A DNA stretch of 34,435 bases from positions 1 through 34,435 of the IMG/VR virus record IMGVR_UViG_3300030330_002724. The stretch is one strand, 5' to 3'. The position numbers and the translations under genes are program-made. The notes under the pieces were generated by a model. That model ran no database searches. It was not told the origin of the DNA and saw nothing but the letters and a program-made list of their open reading frames with translations. This stretch comes from a virus. Its lineage: Duplodnaviria > Caudoviricetes. Positions 19,467-29,442 of the stretch are shown here, piece by piece; position 1 is the first letter of the stretch; every line of letters starts with the position of its first letter.

Positions 19467-22400
19467 ATGCCACAGAAGACTAACCTCAACGTAAGTCCTT
19501 ATTATGATGACTTTGATAAGGACGATAATTTTTATAAAGTTCTATTCAAACCTGGGCGTCCAGTTCAGGCAAGAGAATTAACTGGTCTTCAGTCAATTTT
19601 ACAGAACCAGATAGAATCCTTTGGAAGTCACATGTTCAAAGAGGGTTCTATGGTGATTCCTGGTGGAATCACTTGTGATAATGCCTTCACCACAATTAAA
19701 GTCAATCCAGATCATCTGGGCATCGATATTAGTGTTTATCTTGATGCTATTGTATCTGGTAAGGGTACTAAAGTAAAAGGTGTAACTTCTGAGGTTGTCG
19801 GTACTATTAAAGGATATCTTCTCCCACCTGATTTGGGTATAGAAGAAATCACTCTGTTTGTTAAGTATCTTGATGGTGCTGCTGACGGAGAGTCCGTAGA
19901 GTTCCTGAATGGTGAGACCATTCAACTGCTTGAGAATGTCTCATACGGCAATACAACGCTTGTAGAGGGTGATACTGTATTCAGTCTTGTAACTACAAAT
20001 GCAGTCTCTACAGGGTACGCTGTAGGTGTTGCAGAGGGTGTTTACTTTATCAGAGGAACATTTGTTGATGTTCAGAACTCACAAATTGTTCTTGATCCAT
20101 ATGATAATGCTCCATCGTTCAGAGTTGGTTTCGACATTGTTGAGGAAATCATCAATGCTGATGAAGACCCAGATCTCAACGATAATGCAAAAGGATTTAC
20201 AAACTATGCTGCACCTGGTGCAGATAGATTAAAGATTAGTCTGAAGTTGGCTAAGAAGCAACTTACAGACTTTGAAGATACTAACTTTGTTGAGCTTGTT
20301 AGAATCGACGAAGGTGAAATTAAGAAGTTACAGAATAAGTCTAACTATAATCTAATTAGAGATTATTTTGCGAAGAGAACATTTGATGAGTCTGGTGACT
20401 ATGCTATCGATAGTTTCATCGTTGAGACATCAGAATCACTGAACAATGAGACTGGAAATGGTGGTCTGTTTAGATCTGATGAGGTAACTGACGAAGGAAA
20501 CACACCTTCCGAAGATCTCATGGCAGTTAAGGTTTCTGCTGGAACTGCTTATGTTAGAGGATATGATATTGATCTGGTAGGATCAACTGTAGTTGATGTT
20601 GAGAAACCAAGAACTACTAAAGCAGTTCCAACATCTCAGATCCCATTTGTAATGGGAAGTCTCCTGAGAGTTAATAATGTTGCTGGTGTTCCATACATCA
20701 ACATTGGTGATACAGGTAATTCTAACACCACTAATAATAATATTATTGAACTGTATAAGGAAAGAAGAAATAACACAGGTACAACTAATATTACAGATCA
20801 AGCAACTGCTGGTCTTACAACCAAAATTGGTCAGGCAAGAGTTTACTGGTTTGGCGTAACTGATGATTCATACAAGGGTGCTGCAACTGAATGGGATCTG
20901 TATCTTTATGATGTTCAGACATTTACTGAACTGACTCTTGGTAATACCTACAATCAAACTGATGTCCCACTGACTTCATTTGTAAGAGGTCTTTCTAGTG
21001 GTGCAACTGGTTTCCTTGCAGAATCTAGCAGCAATACTTATAAGTTAAATCAAACTTCAGGAACTTTCTTGAAAGGTGAGCAAGTAATTATCAACGAAGA
21101 GGTTAAGTTCCAAACAGGTATCAAAGATATCACCGTATATACTACAGAAGATATCAAAGCAGTATTCCAAGATTCTGATGGTCTGAATAATAATATTGCG
21201 ACAAACTTTGTTGCAAATACAGTTCTTCACGAAGTAGCACTTCCCAACTTCGCTAAGACTGATATGCTGAATATCAGCGGATCTACCACAACTAGAACTG
21301 GTAAAGTTGGTGGAAGATTCTTCAGTGGAAATACTGGTATCAAACTTGGAAGAACTATTAAGTATCAGAATGGAAACGCAGATCCAATTTATGCTGATAT
21401 TAGCGCAATCGCTGCAGATGGAACCAGTATTAGTTTAACAACACCAACAACAGCAGTTGGTGGTGTTTACAGAGCAACACATACTAACGGAAACTATACA
21501 TTCTCAATGATGGTTCCTAGAATCATCAACTTTGGTTCTACTGGACTTTATTCTCCGCTTCCTTTTGAAAATATTGCATCAGTTGATCTTTCTGGGGCGC
21601 AGTTAACAATTACCAAACAGATTACTGGTAAAGCAGTCGCCAGTAATAGTATGGAAATTACTGTTGCAGATGCTATCGATACCTCAGCAGGAATCACTAG
21701 CGTATTCTATGAAACATTTGACGCTGAAAGATATTCAATTCACTATGATGATGGTGGAATTGAAAAACTTACTTCTGGTATGGTTAGCCTGAATGATGGT
21801 GGTAATTCAGTAACATTCAATGGTTTAAGTAGAGCGACTGAAACTGGTGTAACTGTTATTGCAACTCTTTCCAAGAGAACTGTTACCAACAAATCTAAAG
21901 ACTTCATCAGAAGTCAACAGTTAACTGTTGCTAGAACACAAAAGACTAAGACACTCAATGGTCTTACCAATAGTAAGTATTATGGAACAAGAATTGAAGA
22001 TAATGATATTTCTCTGAATGTTCCTGATGTTGTAAATGTCCGTGCGATTTATGAATCAACTGATTCAAATGCACCTGTTCTCGATAAACTGACATTTGCT
22101 ACTGGATTATCACTTGATCAAAATGCAATTATTGGTGAAAAGATTACTGGTAAAGACGGAAGAGCAGTTGGTCAGGTTGTTAGTGCAACAGCAACCGAAG
22201 TATTCTATGTTCCTAGAAACACAAATAACTTCATTGTTGGTGAAAATGTTAAATTTGGAGATTCTTCTCTTGATATTGTTATCCAGCAAGTAACTAAAGG
22301 AAGTTATGTAAATCTGACTGCTAATTATAGGTTAGATGATGGTCATCAGCACGAATTCTGTGATTATTCCAGAATTATCAAGAGACCTGGTGCTCCAACT

Positions 22401-25400
22401 CCAGATAAGCAACTGTTAATTATCTTTGATAAGTACGAAGTTGCTTCCGGTAATAGTGGTGATGTATTCACTTGCACTTCTTACGGAGCAGGTAGATTCA
22501 AAGATGATATCCCATCTCTCCCTAATGGTGTTCGTGTTAGCGATTTGATTGACTTTAGACCAAGAGTCAAACCATTTGATATCACAACTACTGCATCTCC
22601 ATTCGGATTTAGTTCCAGACAGTATGAATCAAGATTCCAGTTTGTAATTAAACCAGATGAAACCTCATTCTTCGGTTATAGTTACTATCTCCCAAGAATT
22701 GATCTTGTTACTATCAATCGTCAAGGTGAAGTAGAAGTTATTAAGGGTGAACCTGCTGATATTCCTCAAGCACCTATTCTTGCTGATGATGCTATGGAGA
22801 TTGCACAGATTGCTCTCCCTCAGTATCTCTATAATGCTACTAGTGATCCAAAAATTCTTCTGAGAGACAACAGAAGATTTACCATGAGAGATATTGGTAA
22901 ACTTGAGGATAGAATTGAAAACTTAGAAGAAGTTACCAGTCTTACAATGCTGGAACTCAATGCTAAGACACTTTCTGTTACTGATGCTAATGGTTTAGAT
23001 AGATTCAAGAGTGGATTTATTGTCTCTGACTTTAGAGATAAGTCTCTTGCTGATCCTCGTCTTACTACCATTGATATTAGTAAGGAAGGAGCAACTGGTA
23101 TTGCACCAGTTGACTTCTGGTCAATGGATGCAGAATTAGCATTAGATCCAGGTATTGATCCAACTACAGCAGATTTGACTCAGAACTTAAAACTTGCTGA
23201 TTCAAATGTCCAGAAGACTGGCGATATGCTAACTCTGGCGTATGAAGAGGTTGATTGGTTAGATCAACCACACGCAACTAATGTTGAAAATGTCAACCCA
23301 TTCAATGTTATTGTCTTCCAGGGTGCAGTTGCTCTTGATCCTGCTTCTGATAACTGGGTAAGAACTATCTACATTGATGACCATAGAACTGAATCTACTG
23401 GTGCTAAGTGGAAGCAAGAAGCAAAGATTACCAGAAAGGTAGATAAAAAGACTGAGCGTGTTACTTACAAAAAAGGTGGCGGTAGAGGTGAAAGAGGAAC
23501 TAGAAAGTACACTACAACAACAATTACAACTAAAACTGAATTTACACCAAAACTTACAGGTCCTTCTAGAGAGTTTAACTATGTTGAAGATGTAAAAATC
23601 TCTGGTGAAGCAGATCCTTGGATGCGTTCTAGAAACGTTTACTTCAATGCAAATGGTCTGAGACCATATTCTAAGCATTATCTGTATCTTGATAGCCAAA
23701 CTGTTGATGTTGTACCAAAAGTTTGTGAAATCAATATGATTTCTGGTACATTTACTGTCTTCGAAGATGCAAATATCTTAGATGCTAACGGCAGAAAGGT
23801 CGGATTCATTAGAATTCAAAGACCTAACCATAAGTTTGGTGATACATCAAGACCAGACATCGGTGCTGGATTAGGATCACCTGCAGTTCTTGTTGAAGAG
23901 TATACTGTTGATCCTTACGATAGAAATAGACCTGCTCCTGGTACAGGTTATTCCCCAACTTCCAAGTTGATTAACTTTGGTGTTAGATCTCTTGCTAATC
24001 TCCAAAAGTATTTTGGATATGTTGAAAAAGGATTTAGAATTGTTGGTACAACTTCTGGTGCTGTTTGTGAAATTACCAGAGCAGAGTTGATCTCCGATAA
24101 CTGGGGTGATATTGTTGCTAACTTCTTCTTCAGAGATCCAAATAGCAGACCACAACCTGCTACCAGAGTCAAGAGTGGTACTAAGACTGTCAAGGTAACT
24201 GCAGTTCCACCTAATACTGTTGTTCTTCCTGGTTCAACTGTATTTGCATCTGAAGCACTTGGAACATATAGTGGTTCTGGAACGGTTCTTACACAAGAAA
24301 CTAGTAGAGTTTCTGTTAGAAACCCACCCAAACCTGCTAGAAGGAAGACTGAAATTGATATTAAGGTCAAAGCACCACATAGAGACCCACTCGCACAGTC
24401 ATTCACTGTGGATGGTCAAGGTGCATTCCTGACTTCATTTGATCTGTATTTTGCTACTAAGGATCCTGGTGCTAAGGTCTTTGTTGAACTTAGAACTATG
24501 GAACTTGGAACTCCAACTTCCTTCTTGGTTCAAGATTATACCCAGATTGCATTAAATCCTGAAGATATTAATATCAATACTGCTAACCCATTCGAACCTG
24601 TTCCAACAAGAGTTCGTTTCCCATCCCCAGTATTCCTTGAGGCAGAAAAAGAGTACGCTATCGTTATTCTTTCACCTGCATCTGATGGATATGAGATGTG
24701 GACTGCAACTATGGGTAAAAAGACTGTTAGAACAACAAGTCTCCCAGATGTTCAGAATGTTGTTGTTACCAAGCAATACATTGGTGGATCTCTCTTTAAG
24801 TCTCAGAATGGTACAATTTGGACTCCATCTCAGTTCCAAGATCTTACCTTCAAACTGTATAAGGCGAAGTTCGTTAAGTCTGGTACTGTAAATTGGTATA
24901 ATAGCGATATTACTCCTAAAGGAACTAATAGTGCTGCTCTCAATGAAAATGCAGTTGAAGGTCTCCCAAGAAAACTGAAACTTCCTATTACTGGAACACT
25001 TGCTGGTGCTGTTGCTCTTGGAACCAAAGTTATTCAAGGTTCAACTGGATCAACAGTCAATGGTTTCGTTGAAAACTTCGGTGCTGCAGCAGGAGGAATT
25101 GAAGTTGATGAAGGTGGTATTGGATATAGAGCAGTTACTGGTAATAACCCAGCAGGAACTGTCAACGGTGTTCCACTTTTCTCAATTAGTGGAAAGGGAA
25201 CTGGTGGAACTGCAAACATCACAATTGATGCTGATGGTAAAGTTACTGGCGCAACTTTAGCAAGTAACGGATCTGGATATGTCTCTGGTGAAATGGTTGG
25301 TCTTACTACTGCCAGCATTGGTAGTAATACAATAACAAAAACTGGAACTGGTGCTAAATTCACAATTAGTTCCATCAATGCAGCAACTGATACTCTGTAT

Positions 25401-26897
25401 TTGACCGATGTTCAAGGTGAGCACTTCACCAACACTTCGGACATCTACTATTTCACTGATCCAACTGATCCAACTACTAGAACAGATTCTAATACTGATG
25501 CTTCTGCAAATTCCACACTCATTGGTAATGAGTATGCTGGAAATGTCTTCCGCATTAAGCAACAGAATCACGCACACCACGGTGGAAACAATAAGATTGA
25601 AATTGTTGATATTGAACCAGATACCGCTACAACTCAAACAACATCAGAGTTGACTGAAAATAGCACTCAGGTATCTGTTGCAAACACAACAATCTTTGCT
25701 TCTTTCGAAGGAATTACTACATCTAGAGGATATGCTCTTCTTGGTAATGAGATTGTTTCCTACAATGGAATTAGTGAAACGACTGCACCTGCAGGAACTC
25801 TGTCTATCAACGCTAGATCTGTCGATGGATCATCCAAGACAAATCATGGCATCAATACACCAATTCAACCATATGAGGTAAATGGTGTATCACTGACTAG
25901 AATCAATAGAACTCATGATATTCCATCCACATATTATAATACTCTAAATTCTAATATTGATTCTTATCACATTGAATTTGATCGTACTCTCCTTGCTCCT
26001 ACTGATAGAAGCAGTGGTGGTGGTATGGTTAACTTCACTGCACAGAAGGGATTTGGTGGAAATACTGTTGGTATTTCTCAAAACTATCAGTTTAGTTCAC
26101 TTGATCCTATGTTTAATATCATTACACCTGGTAAAGGAACAAAAGCAACCTGCAATGTAAGAACTATTACTGGTACTAGTGCTGGTGGTAACGAAACATC
26201 GTTTATTGATCAAGGTTATGAACCAGTAACCCTGAATAAAGTGATGAGATTCCCAACACCTAGAATGGTTGCTTCTGAGGTTAATGAAAAGGCAAGGCTT
26301 ACCGAAATGCCTGATAATAAATCACTCACATTGAGAGTTGATTTTGAAACCACAAATGAGGATCTGTCACCTATGATGGATACTCAAAACGCAACATTTG
26401 TTCTTGGTAGAAACAAATCTAACAAACCAATTGATGATTATGTTTCTGATGCTAGAAGCAACGATATTGATGGAGATCCTCATGGTGCAGTCTTTGTTAC
26501 CAAGGGTATTTCTCTCGCACAACCAGCAACTAGCTTGAAAGTTATTATTGCTGCTAACAGACAAGATGATGCTGATTTCAGAGTCTTTTATCAACTCTTT
26601 AAGGCAGACTCTAGTGGAGTTGCACAAAAGTTCATTCCATTCCCTGGATATGATAACTTGATTGATACTGATGGTGATGGTTTTGGCGATAGAGTCATTG
26701 ATCCTAATAAGAACAGTGGTAGAGCAGATGCTTTCGTACCACCAAATACAAGTGATGAGAACTCATTCTCGGAATATCAGTTCTCTGTTGATAATGTCGA
26801 TCAGTTTACTGCTTTTGCAATTAAGATTGTTATGTCCTCGACAAATGAATCTACACCTGTTAAACTGAAAGACTTTAGGGCAATCGCACTTGCTTGA
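19467..26897 (+). CDS. large virion structural protein, VrlC/DUF4815-like (2476 aa)
   Basis: MPQKTNLNVSPYYDDF..., KVLFKPG.PVQARELT.LQSILQNQ, APGADRLK, RTFDESGDY, DPLAQSF, GSLFKSQNGTIWT and terminal DFRAIALA, as seen in cyanomyophage proteins that follow gp8. Confidence 0.85.
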   Translation: MPQKTNLNVSPYYDDFDKDDNFYKVLFKPGRPVQARELTGLQSILQNQIESFGSHMFKEGSMVIPGGITCDNAFTTIKVNPDHLGIDISVYLDAIVSGKGTKVKGVTSEVVGTIKGYLLPPDLGIEEITLFVKYLDGAADGESVEFLNGETIQLLENVSYGNTTLVEGDTVFSLVTTNAVSTGYAVGVAEGVYFIRGTFVDVQNSQIVLDPYDNAPSFRVGFDIVEEIINADEDPDLNDNAKGFTNYAAPGADRLKISLKLAKKQLTDFEDTNFVELVRIDEGEIKKLQNKSNYNLIRDYFAKRTFDESGDYAIDSFIVETSESLNNETGNGGLFRSDEVTDEGNTPSEDLMAVKVSAGTAYVRGYDIDLVGSTVVDVEKPRTTKAVPTSQIPFVMGSLLRVNNVAGVPYINIGDTGNSNTTNNNIIELYKERRNNTGTTNITDQATAGLTTKIGQARVYWFGVTDDSYKGAATEWDLYLYDVQTFTELTLGNTYNQTDVPLTSFVRGLSSGATGFLAESSSNTYKLNQTSGTFLKGEQVIINEEVKFQTGIKDITVYTTEDIKAVFQDSDGLNNNIATNFVANTVLHEVALPNFAKTDMLNISGSTTTRTGKVGGRFFSGNTGIKLGRTIKYQNGNADPIYADISAIAADGTSISLTTPTTAVGGVYRATHTNGNYTFSMMVPRIINFGSTGLYSPLPFENIASVDLSGAQLTITKQITGKAVASNSMEITVADAIDTSAGITSVFYETFDAERYSIHYDDGGIEKLTSGMVSLNDGGNSVTFNGLSRATETGVTVIATLSKRTVTNKSKDFIRSQQLTVARTQKTKTLNGLTNSKYYGTRIEDNDISLNVPDVVNVRAIYESTDSNAPVLDKLTFATGLSLDQNAIIGEKITGKDGRAVGQVVSATATEVFYVPRNTNNFIVGENVKFGDSSLDIVIQQVTKGSYVNLTANYRLDDGHQHEFCDYSRIIKRPGAPTPDKQLLIIFDKYEVASGNSGDVFTCTSYGAGRFKDDIPSLPNGVRVSDLIDFRPRVKPFDITTTASPFGFSSRQYESRFQFVIKPDETSFFGYSYYLPRIDLVTINRQGEVEVIKGEPADIPQAPILADDAMEIAQIALPQYLYNATSDPKILLRDNRRFTMRDIGKLEDRIENLEEVTSLTMLELNAKTLSVTDANGLDRFKSGFIVSDFRDKSLADPRLTTIDISKEGATGIAPVDFWSMDAELALDPGIDPTTADLTQNLKLADSNVQKTGDMLTLAYEEVDWLDQPHATNVENVNPFNVIVFQGAVALDPASDNWVRTIYIDDHRTESTGAKWKQEAKITRKVDKKTERVTYKKGGGRGERGTRKYTTTTITTKTEFTPKLTGPSREFNYVEDVKISGEADPWMRSRNVYFNANGLRPYSKHYLYLDSQTVDVVPKVCEINMISGTFTVFEDANILDANGRKVGFIRIQRPNHKFGDTSRPDIGAGLGSPAVLVEEYTVDPYDRNRPAPGTGYSPTSKLINFGVRSLANLQKYFGYVEKGFRIVGTTSGAVCEITRAELISDNWGDIVANFFFRDPNSRPQPATRVKSGTKTVKVTAVPPNTVVLPGSTVFASEALGTYSGSGTVLTQETSRVSVRNPPKPARRKTEIDIKVKAPHRDPLAQSFTVDGQGAFLTSFDLYFATKDPGAKVFVELRTMELGTPTSFLVQDYTQIALNPEDININTANPFEPVPTRVRFPSPVFLEAEKEYAIVILSPASDGYEMWTATMGKKTVRTTSLPDVQNVVVTKQYIGGSLFKSQNGTIWTPSQFQDLTFKLYKAKFVKSGTVNWYNSDITPKGTNSAALNENAVEGLPRKLKLPITGTLAGAVALGTKVIQGSTGSTVNGFVENFGAAAGGIEVDEGGIGYRAVTGNNPAGTVNGVPLFSISGKGTGGTANITIDADGKVTGATLASNGSGYVSGEMVGLTTASIGSNTITKTGTGAKFTISSINAATDTLYLTDVQGEHFTNTSDIYYFTDPTDPTTRTDSNTDASANSTLIGNEYAGNVFRIKQQNHAHHGGNNKIEIVDIEPDTATTQTTSELTENSTQVSVANTTIFASFEGITTSRGYALLGNEIVSYNGISETTAPAGTLSINARSVDGSSKTNHGINTPIQPYEVNGVSLTRINRTHDIPSTYYNTLNSNIDSYHIEFDRTLLAPTDRSSGGGMVNFTAQKGFGGNTVGISQNYQFSSLDPMFNIITPGKGTKATCNVRTITGTSAGGNETSFIDQGYEPVTLNKVMRFPTPRMVASEVNEKARLTEMPDNKSLTLRVDFETTNEDLSPMMDTQNATFVLGRNKSNKPIDDYVSDARSNDIDGDPHGAVFVTKGISLAQPATSLKVIIAANRQDDADFRVFYQLFKADSSGVAQKFIPFPGYDNLIDTDGDGFGDRVIDPNKNSGRADAFVPPNTSDENSFSEYQFSVDNVDQFTAFAIKIVMSSTNESTPVKLKDFRAIALA

Positions 26898-26898
26898 T

Positions 26899-27114
26899 AT
26901 GGATAAAGAAGACCTAATTCCTGTTGAGGGGCATAGCAATCTTTTTAGAGATAGAAATACAGGAGCTATCATTAACACTGATAGTTCCGGTTATGCTCAA
27001 TATAAAAAAATGAAGCAAAGGAGGCAGACAGAACGGGAAGAACTTGATACACTGAAGAAGGATATTGACGAAATCAAATCTTTATTAAAGGAGCTTACTA
27101 ATGGACCCAGATGA
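26899..27114 (+). CDS. small hypothetical protein with C-terminal coiled coil (71 aa)
   Basis: ATG 1 bp after the previous stop. VEGHSNLFRD..TGAIIN motif followed by heptads (LDTLKKDIDEIKSLLKEL). Confidence 0.85.
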   Translation: MDKEDLIPVEGHSNLFRDRNTGAIINTDSSGYAQYKKMKQRRQTEREELDTLKKDIDEIKSLLKELTNGPR

Positions 27115-27280
27115 CATAAAACTTGGAGCACTCTCCAAGCAATTTGCATATCAGAAACTTGCAAATGAAATTGATGAATGCGATTCTGTAAGTATGTTGA
27201 AAGACATTGCTAAGTCGTATGCAAAACTTTATCTCAAACAACAAGAAGTTGTAGGTACTTTAGGACTTGAAGGAATATAA
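27101..27280 (+). CDS. small helical protein, possibly NblA-like (59 aa, not in ORF track)
   Basis: AAGGAG SD at 27088-27093. Translation MDPDDIKLGALSKQFAYQKLANEIDECDSVSMLKDIAKSYAKLYLKQQEVVGTLGLEGI fills the gap up to a late promoter. The ORF is well supported; the NblA label is tentative. Confidence 0.75.
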   Translation: MDPDDIKLGALSKQFAYQKLANEIDECDSVSMLKDIAKSYAKLYLKQQEVVGTLGLEGI

Positions 27281-27283
27281 ATA
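27276..27283 (+). promoter_or_regulatory. T4-type late promoter
   Basis: Perfect TATAAATA overlapping the stop codon at 27278-27280, 28 bp upstream of ATG 27312. Confidence 0.85.
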
Positions 27284-27311
27284 ATTCCTAGATTCCTGAT
27301 AATCATCGTAA

Positions 27312-27539
27312 ATGGCTGATATTAAAGTCAGGGTAGGTCAACAACCTGCAGTAAAAGTAATATCTTCGCTTGCTGGTGCCCAAGGACTTTCTTTGGCTGA
27401 ACTTAGTGATGTTAGTGCAAGTAATTTGCAGAATGGAATGGTTCTGGTATACAACAGTTCTATCCAAAAGTGGGAAGCAACGTTGGAACTTACACCAGGT
27501 GCAACTCAGAATTTAGACATCAACGGGGGAAACTTCTAA
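27312..27539 (+). CDS. small structural-module protein (75 aa)
   Basis: Follows a late promoter. L.ELSDV...NG.VLVYN....KW motif common in phage fibre-associated proteins; ends INGGNF. Confidence 0.8.
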   Translation: MADIKVRVGQQPAVKVISSLAGAQGLSLAELSDVSASNLQNGMVLVYNSSIQKWEATLELTPGATQNLDINGGNF

Positions 27540-29249
27540 ATGGCAAGTATTATTAGGATCAAAAGATCCTCTGGTACTAACAAACCAGCAACATTACAAT
27601 GGGGCGAACTTGGATATGTAACTGGTATCGGTAGTTTCGGTGGAACTAACCAATATAAAGATAGAGTTTTCCTTGGAGATGACGGCACTAATGCCCATCC
27701 AATAGGGGGTCACTATTATACCTCCATGATGGAGCACGCTCCTGGTACCATTCCAGCAGCAGCACACAACACCAGAAACCAAGATAGAGGTGTTGTCGCC
27801 ATCATGGCACCTGCAACCAACTCTGGTTTGGGTGGTGCAGAATCACTGAAAGTAGATCAGTGGAACGTAGATAACTTAAGAATTGATCTTAATACTATCT
27901 CCTCAACAGATACTGATGGGGATATTATTCTTGATCCAAACGGAACTGGTGAAGTACAGATTCCTGATGATACTTTCGTCACTTTTGGTGATGGAAAAGA
28001 CTCCAAGATTGAGTATGATGAAAATGGAACTGATCAGTTAACCTTCACAGGTGCTGATGTTCGTTTTAACATTGCTACCAATTCCACTTCAAAAGATACT
28101 GGTGCAGTTATCGTTGAAGGTGGTGTAGGTATTGAGAAAGATCTGAATGTTGGTGGTGGTGTTACTGCAGACGGACATTCAATCTTTGATCAAGTCAAGA
28201 TTGCTGATAATATCATTTCTACCTTGTCTGGTGGAACTGATATTTTATATCTGGATCCATATCCCGATGGTCTTAGCAATGAAGGTACTGTAGTTGTTAA
28301 AGGCAACCTTCAAGTTGATGGTACAACCACTACTGTTAACTCAACTTCTAAGACTTTAAACGATCCAATTTTCCATATTGGTGATGTTACAAGCACCAGA
28401 ACGGTAATGGCTGACGCCAACTCTGGTGTTACATCTCTGACTCTGGACTCTGTTGTTGGTATTAATACTGGAGACGCTCTGTCTGGTACTGGTATTGCTG
28501 CCGCTACAGTAATCAGTTCTTACAACACTGGCGCTAAAACAATTACGTTTAATAACGCCACAACTGCTGGTATTTCTACCACAGCACAAGTAACTATCAC
28601 TCACGGATACGATAGCAATACTGATAGAGGTATTTCTTTCGCATATAACAGTGGAAGTGGTGTTGCTGATAATGAAACTGGATTCTTTGGTATGGACGAC
28701 AGTTCCATCGCAAATAGTGCGGCGGACGCTGATAACCACGGAACTCACGCAGACGATAGCAGAAGGTGGACCTATGTTCCTGACGCTGCTATTGCTAATA
28801 GCGTTGTTACGGGAACCAAAGGTTTCCTGGATATCAAAGGTATCTATTATCAGTCTGGTGATTATGCTACTGGTGGTGTCGTCTATTTTGATGATACTGG
28901 TCTTCAGAGATCCACAAATGCTGTCGCATCTCCAGTTGTTGCTTCCAAGCAAATCTTGACTGCTATTACAAAGAAAGATTTTGTGCTTAGCGTAGCAATT
29001 ACTGCTTCTGCAGGTGATATTATCAGACAAGATACAACTGGTGCTTATGGTGTTGTTGAAACTGGTGTTTCTGGTTCAACTACTGTAAGTTTGATTGGTA
29101 TTGAAGGAACATTTGTTACTGGAACCAACCTTAGGAGAGAAGGTGTTAATGGTTTCATTTCAAACCTTGCCTCAACTCCTAATACAATCACCGACATATA
29201 TACTAACAAACCCCATTGGACTTCAACACTCGACGGGGGTACCTTCTGA
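27540..29249 (+). CDS. fibre / virion structural protein (569 aa)
   Basis: N-terminal IRIKRS...GELGY motif, GDIILDPNGTG, TGAVIVEGGVGIEKDLNVGG and GNLQVDGTTTTVNST fibre repeats; ends LDGGTF. Confidence 0.8.
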   Translation: MASIIRIKRSSGTNKPATLQWGELGYVTGIGSFGGTNQYKDRVFLGDDGTNAHPIGGHYYTSMMEHAPGTIPAAAHNTRNQDRGVVAIMAPATNSGLGGAESLKVDQWNVDNLRIDLNTISSTDTDGDIILDPNGTGEVQIPDDTFVTFGDGKDSKIEYDENGTDQLTFTGADVRFNIATNSTSKDTGAVIVEGGVGIEKDLNVGGGVTADGHSIFDQVKIADNIISTLSGGTDILYLDPYPDGLSNEGTVVVKGNLQVDGTTTTVNSTSKTLNDPIFHIGDVTSTRTVMADANSGVTSLTLDSVVGINTGDALSGTGIAAATVISSYNTGAKTITFNNATTAGISTTAQVTITHGYDSNTDRGISFAYNSGSGVADNETGFFGMDDSSIANSAADADNHGTHADDSRRWTYVPDAAIANSVVTGTKGFLDIKGIYYQSGDYATGGVVYFDDTGLQRSTNAVASPVVASKQILTAITKKDFVLSVAITASAGDIIRQDTTGAYGVVETGVSGSTTVSLIGIEGTFVTGTNLRREGVNGFISNLASTPNTITDIYTNKPHWTSTLDGGTF

Positions 29250-29255
29250 CATTAA

Positions 29256-29441
29256 ATGGAAAATCAATCTGAAGTGGACGTGAATGTCCTGATTAAAATT
29301 TATAATTCTAAATTAGCAACAGTATCAAATCAAAACGTTCTTCTTGAGGCAAAGTTAGCAACTCTGTCTCAAGATTATAAAGAACAACTTGATGCTTTGC
29401 TAGAAGAAAACGCCGATCTTAAGGCACAATTAGAGAAATAA
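29256..29441 (+). CDS. small coiled-coil protein (61 aa)
   Basis: Heptad pattern (NVLLEAKLATL...LLEENADLKAQLE); tightly packed between the fibre gene and gp13. Confidence 0.8.
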   Translation: MENQSEVDVNVLIKIYNSKLATVSNQNVLLEAKLATLSQDYKEQLDALLEENADLKAQLEK

Positions 29442-29442
29442 T

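Noticed and set aside
4686-26897. Intein, intron, homing endonuclease or diversity-generating retroelement explaining the giant ORFs
   Set aside because: No intein splice-junction motifs, LAGLIDADG/HNH motifs, frame interruptions, reverse transcriptase or adenine-variable repeat pair noticed by eye.
28356-29030. 224-aa minus-strand ORF
   Set aside because: Entirely antisense to the fibre gene; Ser/Ile/Cys-rich composition typical of a shadow frame; no motif.
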